Below are positions 5,687-10,943 of a stretch of 10,943 nucleotides of DNA, piece after piece. The translations under genes were made by a program, and so were the position numbers. This DNA comes from an uncultured Gammaproteobacteria bacterium (lineage in GTDB: Bacteria; Pseudomonadota; Gammaproteobacteria; UBA9214): the NCBI GenBank assembly GCA_963827755.1, contig CAWHCQ010000033.1:1-10943 (forward strand), written 5' to 3'. The first letter of the stretch is position 1, and each line of letters starts with the position of its first letter. A model generated the notes under the pieces. It was not told where the DNA came from, did not search any database, and worked only from the letters and a program-made list of their open reading frames with translations.

Positions 5687-7438
5687 CTACGCCTTGTCGT
5701 CAGCATGGACCTCATCGCTGGTATCCAGGTACCCCTCGCGCAGCAGGTACAGCATGATCTCCTGCGCCACCTGCATCGGGCTCCGGCCGGTGGTGTCGAT
5801 GCGGATCTCGGGATGCTCGGGTACATCGTAGGGGTCGCTGATTCCCGTGAACTCGGGGATGATGCCCTCGCGCGCCTTGGCGTACAGGCCCTTGCGGTCG
5901 CGGGCCTCGCACTCCTCCAGCGGGGTCGCCACGTGGATCTCGATGTAGGCGCCGTATTGCTCGATGTTTTCCCGCACTTCCCGGCGCATGGCGGTATAGG
6001 GCGCGATCGGCGCGCAGATGGCGATGCCGGCATTCTTGGTGATTTCCGCGGCGACGAAGCCGATGCGGCGCACGTTGATATTGCGGTGCTCCCGGGAGAA
6101 ACCCAGTTCGCTGGACAGGTTCAGGCGGACCACGTCACCGTCGAGCAGGGTGACCGGGCGGCCGCCGTCTTCAATAAACTTGGCGTGAAGGATCTTGGCC
6201 AGCGTTGACTTGCCCGAGCCGGACAGGCCGGTGAAGAACAGGGTGAGACCTTTTTTGCTGCGCGGCGGGTAGACCGTGCGCAGGGAGGCGATGACTTCCG
6301 GATAGGAGAACCAGGCCGGCACCTCGTGGTTATTCTCAAGGGTGTGCTTCAGGTCCTTCTCGGTGAACCGCACGCCCTCTTCAACCTCCCCCGCGTCACT
6401 CTCGTCCGGCAGGAAAGACTCGCTGGCCGGCCGGTAGCAGAGCTCCCTGACCGGCACCATTTTGATCTTCAGCTCATCCTGGTAGCTCTCCATCAGCTCC
6501 TGTGCGGCATAGCGCGGATAATAACGCTGCTCGTCGTCGCGCACGCCCGGGGGCGCTGCATGCTCGGGGCCAACGATCATGTGGGAGCAGCCGTAGTTCT
6601 GGCGCATGATCGCATTCAGCAGCACCTCGCGCGGCCCGGCCATGCGCACGGCCGATGGCAGCAGCGACAGGACGGCCATGTTGTGCGGGTAGTGATGACG
6701 GATCGCCTGGTAGCAATGCACGCGGGCGTAATAATGCAGGTCACCCGGCTTGGTCATGCCCACCGAGGGATGCAGCAGGATATTGGCCTGTGCCTCCCTG
6801 GCCGCCTGCAGGGTGATCTCGCGGTGCAGGCGGTGCATGGGCTTGCAGGTATGGAAACCGACCACGTTCTGCCAGCCCATTTTCAGGAACAAATGCCGCA
6901 GTTCTTCGGGGGTGTCGCGCAGGGTGTCGAAATCGAAATGGGTGGGCAGCTGGACGCCGGTCAGGCGCCCGCCGATATAGGTATCGCATGTCTGTTCCAG
7001 CAGGTAGCGTACACCGGGATGTGCAGTCGAGGTCGTCCCGTAGATCTCGCTGGCCTCACGCTGCCTGTCCGGCTGCCACTTGTCCTCGACGGTCAGCACG
7101 GCCAGCATGAAACCCTCGCCATCACGCAGGGCCAGCTGCTGCCCGGGTTCGATTTTTTCGGCCTGCCTGGACGGCACATCCAGGGTAATCGGGATGGACC
7201 ACAGGGTCCCGTCGGGAAGGCGCATATTGTCGATGACGGACTCGTACGTTTCCCGGCACATGAAGCCGTCGAGCGGTGAGAAACCGCCATTCAGCAGCAG
7301 CTCGAGGTCACACAGCTGGCGCTGGTTCAGCGTGATGGAGAGGAAATCGGCGGATTCCGATTTAAGCGTCTCGGCCCGGTCCTCATCGATGAGCAAATTT
7401 AACAGTGTGCCGCCGTGCGGCGTGGTCAGATGGTCCAT
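5687..7438 (-). CDS. sat: Bifunctional sulfate adenylyltransferase / adenylylsulfate kinase (Sat-CysC fusion)
   Basis: PHGG, DLELLLNGGFSPL.GFM, MHRLH (HxxH), MAGPRE, NYGCSH.IVG..HA; kinase domain FFTGLSGSGKST, LLDGDVVR, RDRKGLYAKAR, FTGISDPY. Intact 583 aa. Confidence 0.95.
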   Translation of the reverse strand: MDHLTTPHGGTLLNLLIDEDRAETLKSESADFLSITLNQRQLCDLELLLNGGFSPLDGFMCRETYESVIDNMRLPDGTLWSIPITLDVPSRQAEKIEPGQQLALRDGEGFMLAVLTVEDKWQPDRQREASEIYGTTSTAHPGVRYLLEQTCDTYIGGRLTGVQLPTHFDFDTLRDTPEELRHLFLKMGWQNVVGFHTCKPMHRLHREITLQAAREAQANILLHPSVGMTKPGDLHYYARVHCYQAIRHHYPHNMAVLSLLPSAVRMAGPREVLLNAIMRQNYGCSHMIVGPEHAAPPGVRDDEQRYYPRYAAQELMESYQDELKIKMVPVRELCYRPASESFLPDESDAGEVEEGVRFTEKDLKHTLENNHEVPAWFSYPEVIASLRTVYPPRSKKGLTLFFTGLSGSGKSTLAKILHAKFIEDGGRPVTLLDGDVVRLNLSSELGFSREHRNINVRRIGFVAAEITKNAGIAICAPIAPYTAMRREVRENIEQYGAYIEIHVATPLEECEARDRKGLYAKAREGIIPEFTGISDPYDVPEHPEIRIDTTGRSPMQVAQEIMLYLLREGYLDTSDEVHADDKA

Positions 7439-7487
7439 TGTTGGTTTCCTGTGTATTTTGGAAGATTCTGGTTCCGGGATTTGTTCG

Positions 7488-7530
7488 CTTCGCCAGCTGG
7501 CGAAGTTCGCGAGCTCGCGCTGCTCCTACA
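7488..7530. repeat. REP family A arm with an adjacent perfect 18-bp palindrome
   Basis: cttcgccagctggcgaag (7488-7505) is self-complementary and is followed by ttcgcgagctcgcgctgctcctaca. Confidence 0.8.
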
Positions 7531-7624
7531 AGTATGCGCTATGATCTGTAGGCGGTGTGTTCAGTTAAGAGTGGGGCAATTTTCAAAAATCGCTGCTGCC
7601 CGTGTTAATACCCCGCTATCGTGT

Positions 7625-7680
7625 TGTAGGAGCGAGCGCCAGCTCGCGAAGTTCTTCGCCAGCTGGCGCTGGCTCCTACA
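7625..7680. repeat. Intact REP doublet (REPIN-like), family A
   Basis: tgtaggagcgagcgccagctcgcgaa-gttc-ttcgccagctggcgctggctcctaca, with GTAG/CTAC tails on both ends. Confidence 0.9.
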
Positions 7681-7754
7681 TCGGTGATGTTACCAGAGGG
7701 CTTATCGACAGGGGCATGTGAAAGTTTATTTTCCTGCTGATTAACGGGGTGCCG

Positions 7755-9474
7755 CTATGAAGCCAGTATTTTATCCAGCTGTTTCAGCCCTGCCTCGATA
7801 TCCGCGCCCAGGTGGATTCTGAGCGCCCGGCGCCCGCGCTCGGCCAGCACCCCGAAATCGCCGCGCGCCTGGGCCGCCTCGACCGTGCCGAAGCTGTAGC
7901 CGTGTCCGGGCACCGGCAGGTCCGGCGCAGGGTCGGCTGTAATCTGCAGAAAGACGCCGTTGTTGGCGCCGCCCTTGTAGGCCTGCCCGGTCGAGTGCAG
8001 GAAGCGCGGGCCGAAACCAAGGCATACCGCCACCTTATACGTGTCCCGCAGCCGCAGCCGCAGCTGCTGCAACAGGGCATTGTGCGCATCATTGCGGGGT
8101 ATGTAGGCAAGCAGTGCCAGGTAGTCCCCCGCCACGGTGCGATCGAGGTGGGCGCGCAGGTAGTCCCCCAGCGTCGCCCCCTGCCCGGCCGCCTTGCGCA
8201 GGGCGGCGGCATTGGCGGCATCGGTGAACAGGGAACACGGTCTGTCCTCGATCAACGGGGTCTCTGCCGGCAGCTGGCCGCTGGCCTCGAAGGCCTCCAT
8301 CAGCTGGCGGGTGCCGATCTTGCTGGCCTCGACGTCGGGCTGGTCAAAGGGATTGATGCCGCATGATGGCACCGGCAACGGCCGTGGCGATCTCCCAGCG
8401 AAAGAACTCCTGGCCGAGGCCGTAGGCATCCTGCAGGGTGATGCGCACCACCGGGTGACCGGCGCTTTCCAGTTGCCCGATGGCGGCGGCCTGCCCGGCA
8501 TCCGAATCGGTTTCCAGGCGCAGGTAGACGAAGACGCGGTCGTCGCCATAGTCCTTCGGCGCGGCCAGCGGTTCGGCATCCACCGGGATGATGCTCTTGC
8601 CCTCCTTGCCCAGCGACTCGGCCAGCAGCTGTTCCAGCCAGGCGCCGAACGATGCCAGGCCGGGCGAGGCGACGATCATCAGCTTGTCACGCCCCAGCCC
8701 GGCCGCCGCGCCGAGGATGGTACCGAGCAGCAACGCCCGGATTGTCGGCGGGTGCATCGTTGACCGAGCAGGCCTGCACCATCTCGAGGGTAGTGTCGAG
8801 GTAGCGCTGGCAGGTCCACACCGAGCAATGCGGCCGGCACCAGGCCAAAATCGGACAGCACCGAGAAGCGCCCGCCAATCTGCGGCTTGCCGTAAAAGAT
8901 ATGGCGAAAGCCTTCGGCCTTTGCCGCCTTGTTCAAGACTCGAAACGGGGATCGGTAATCGCGACAAAATGCCCCGCGGCCCTGTCGGCGCCGACGGTAT
9001 CCACCACGCGCTGAAAGAAGTAGGCCTTGAGGATGTTCGGCTCCAGGGTGCTGCCGGACTTGCTGGCAACGATAAACAGCGTCTGCGCCAGGTCAACGGC
9101 ATCATCCACCGCCTTGACCTGGCCCGGGTCGGTTGAATCAAGCACCAGCAGGTCGGGGCAGTTGGCAGCGACACCGAAGGTATCGCGCAACACCTCCGGG
9201 CCCATGCTGGAACCGCCCATGCCCAGCAAGCACGACCTGGCGGAAACCGGCCGCGTTGATTTCACTGGCAAACGCGCGCAGTTCCTCCAGCGCATCCGGC
9301 TTTCACGGGGACGGCGGTCAACCAGTCAAGCCACTGCGCCTCATCGCGGTTGCTCCACAGCGAGGCATCCTTGTCCCAGAGACGCGCGGTGTTGTTGTGC
9401 TGCTGCCAGTCGGCCAGTGAGTTTTCAACGGCCGCCTGCAGGTCATTCGGTAATTTATAACTGATTGTGTTCAT
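7755..9474 (-). CDS. Glucose-6-phosphate isomerase-like protein (PGI half of Tal-Pgi type), split by several apparent frameshifts
   Basis: Collinear fragments: LWDKDASLW..WLDWL, LLGMGGSSMGPEV, LDSTDP, IVASKSGSTLEP, IGGRFSVLS.FGLVPAA, WLEQLLAESLGKEGK, GINPFDQPDVEASK, GFGPRFLHSTGQAYKGG, AQARGDF.VL.ERGRR. Start MNTISY at 9474. Confidence 0.88.
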
Positions 9475-9512
9475 TCGTTCTTTCCCGGCTTTGTTAAAAG
9501 CTATTTTTAATA

Positions 9513-9595
9513 GCCACGGAATCACACGGAAGAACACGGAAAAATAAACATCCATGAACTTTTATTTTTCCGTGTCCTTCCGTGGATTCCGTGGC
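9513..9595. repeat. CACGGAA-triplet element, copy 4 (compact hairpin)
   Basis: gccacggaatcacacggaagaacacggaaaaataaa / short loop / tttatttttccgtgtccttccgtggattccgtggc, a ~35-bp near-perfect stem. Confidence 0.9.
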
Positions 9596-9695
9596 CATAA
9601 TATTCATCAGGATAATGCAATACCAGCTTTCTGAGACATCATTGATTGATTGCTTATACATCATAAAGCCAGGCAATAATCCTGCATGAGACCCC

Positions 9696-9759
9696 ATCGC
9701 GCTTGAGAAGCGCTCCTACACCAGTCAATCAACTTGTAGGAGCGGATCTAATCCGCGAT
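9696..9759. repeat. REP pair, family A variant, tail-to-tail
   Basis: atcgcgcttgagaagcgctcctaca (9696-9720) and tgtaggagcggatctaatccgcgat (9735-9759), 7 bp past the glk stop. Confidence 0.8.
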
Positions 9760-9766
9760 AAACCAG

Positions 9767-10766
9767 CTAGTTTTCTGCTGCATCACCATTTGACTGCATG
9801 TACATCGCCGCGCCAAGCAGCGAGACGTCCGTATTGAGTACCACTCCGACAGGAATATCCTGCATCAGCGAGGACATGCGTCCCTTGGCACAGAAGGCCT
9901 CCATAAAGTCCGCCTGTTTCAGGCGCTCCAGTATTTTGGGGGCGATGCCCCCGGCAATATAAACCCCGCCGGTCGCCATCATTTTAAGCGCAAGGTTGCC
10001 GCTCTCGGCACCAAGAAACCGGACAAACATATCAAGCGCCTCGCGACAGGTGGCGTCCCTGTCCGCCATGGCCGCTGCTGAAATGGCCGCCGCCGTATCG
10101 CCCGAGCGCATTTCTTCAGCCAGCCATTCGGGACGGCTTGCAGTCAGCGGTACTGCAGCAGGAACTCATAAATGTTTACCAGCCCCATGCCGGATACCAC
10201 ACGCTCCCAGCTGACATGACCGTGTTGTTCTGCCAGCCAGTCTGAAAAAGCCATCTCTGTTTTGTTCACCGGCGCAAAGTCTGCGTGCCCGCCCTCGCAG
10301 GCAAACGGGATATAGCGCTGACCATCCCGACAGAGCCCTGCCTGGCCCAGGCCGGTACCCGCCGCGATCACGGCGGCATTACCCGTCAGCCGTCCGGCTT
10401 GCCTGCATTCAATATAAAGAAATCGTCTGCGCCCAGCACGGGGATACCCCAGGCAACCGCCTCGAGGTCGTTGATCAAGCCGACATTCGACCAGCCGTAG
10501 TCGGCCTTGATCTTTTCGGCGTCGATGACCCAGGGCAGGTTGGTCGTCTCGCAACGGCCGTCCCTGACCGGCCCGGCCACGCCGAAACAGGCAACATCGG
10601 CAACGCTATCGGGCCGGGAAAGATACTCATCCAGGACCGCATCAAACGAATCGAAATCACGGGAGCGGAACTCGTGCGCCAGGGCTATCTCCGGATACCC
10701 GGCTTGCAGGTCGACGATGCAGAGGCGGGTTTTTGTCCCGCCGATATCACCTGACAATACCTTCAA
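9767..10766 (-). CDS. glk: Glucokinase, with apparent frameshifts near 10390 and 10145
   Basis: GDIGGTKT, ACFGVAGPV, TNLPW.I, LINDLEA, IAAGTGLG, EGGHADFAP, SWERVVSG.GL, GGVYIAGGIAPKI, F..KGRM across three consecutive ORFs. Start uncertain (TTG 10766, or ATG 10783 with another indel). Confidence 0.92.
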
Positions 10767-10943
10767 TGAAATTTTCCCGACATGGGCCTTATATTACTCA
10801 AAACGAGGGGAATGCCCAGAGGGAATCACAGGGGAGATAACAAGGCCGGCAATTGAACAAGCGGATGTCTTTATAATTCATAATACTGCTTGCTGCTAAA
10901 GCTGAACTTAGAGAATTCCAGTACGCGGAACCGAGCCACGCCC

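Noticed and set aside
5705-7544. Plus-strand ORFs (167, 317 and 154 aa) opposite sat-cysC
   Set aside because: Antisense shadow ORFs of the intact gene.
9494-9697. 67-aa ORF containing MATESTEGHGK
   Set aside because: It is a translation of the CACGGAA hairpin, not a credible protein.
10805-10943. Possible divergent plus-strand gene starting at ATG ~10812 after GAGGGG
   Set aside because: It needs several frameshifts to stay open, has no recognisable motif and is cut by the window edge.

Overview
GC-rich bacterial chromosomal segment with four co-oriented minus-strand metabolic genes: glucokinase (glk), a stand-alone PGI-domain protein of the Tal-Pgi type, a fused sulfate adenylyltransferase/APS kinase and UDP-glucose 6-dehydrogenase (ugd). 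glk, the PGI-like gene and ugd carry single-base frameshifts that look like long-read errors. Between sat-cysC and ugd lies a ~4 kb, visibly more AT-rich island (~1635-5650). It is bracketed by two copies of a composite element built from triple CACGGAA arms. Inside is a mosaic of five different type II toxin-antitoxin modules in which every antitoxin is essentially intact and every toxin is truncated, chimeric or missing (CopG/RHH without toxin, BrnT/BrnA, addiction-module antitoxin/ParE-like, DUF4160/DUF2442, PIN/RHH). The island also has three copies of a leaderless brnTA promoter-operator, an internal duplication with a microhomology deletion, a captured epimerase 3' end and a miniature RAYT remnant surrounded by its GTAG REP hairpins. 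A second GTAG-type REP family occupies the other intergenic spaces. All family assignments come from recognising motifs by eye; no searches were run.
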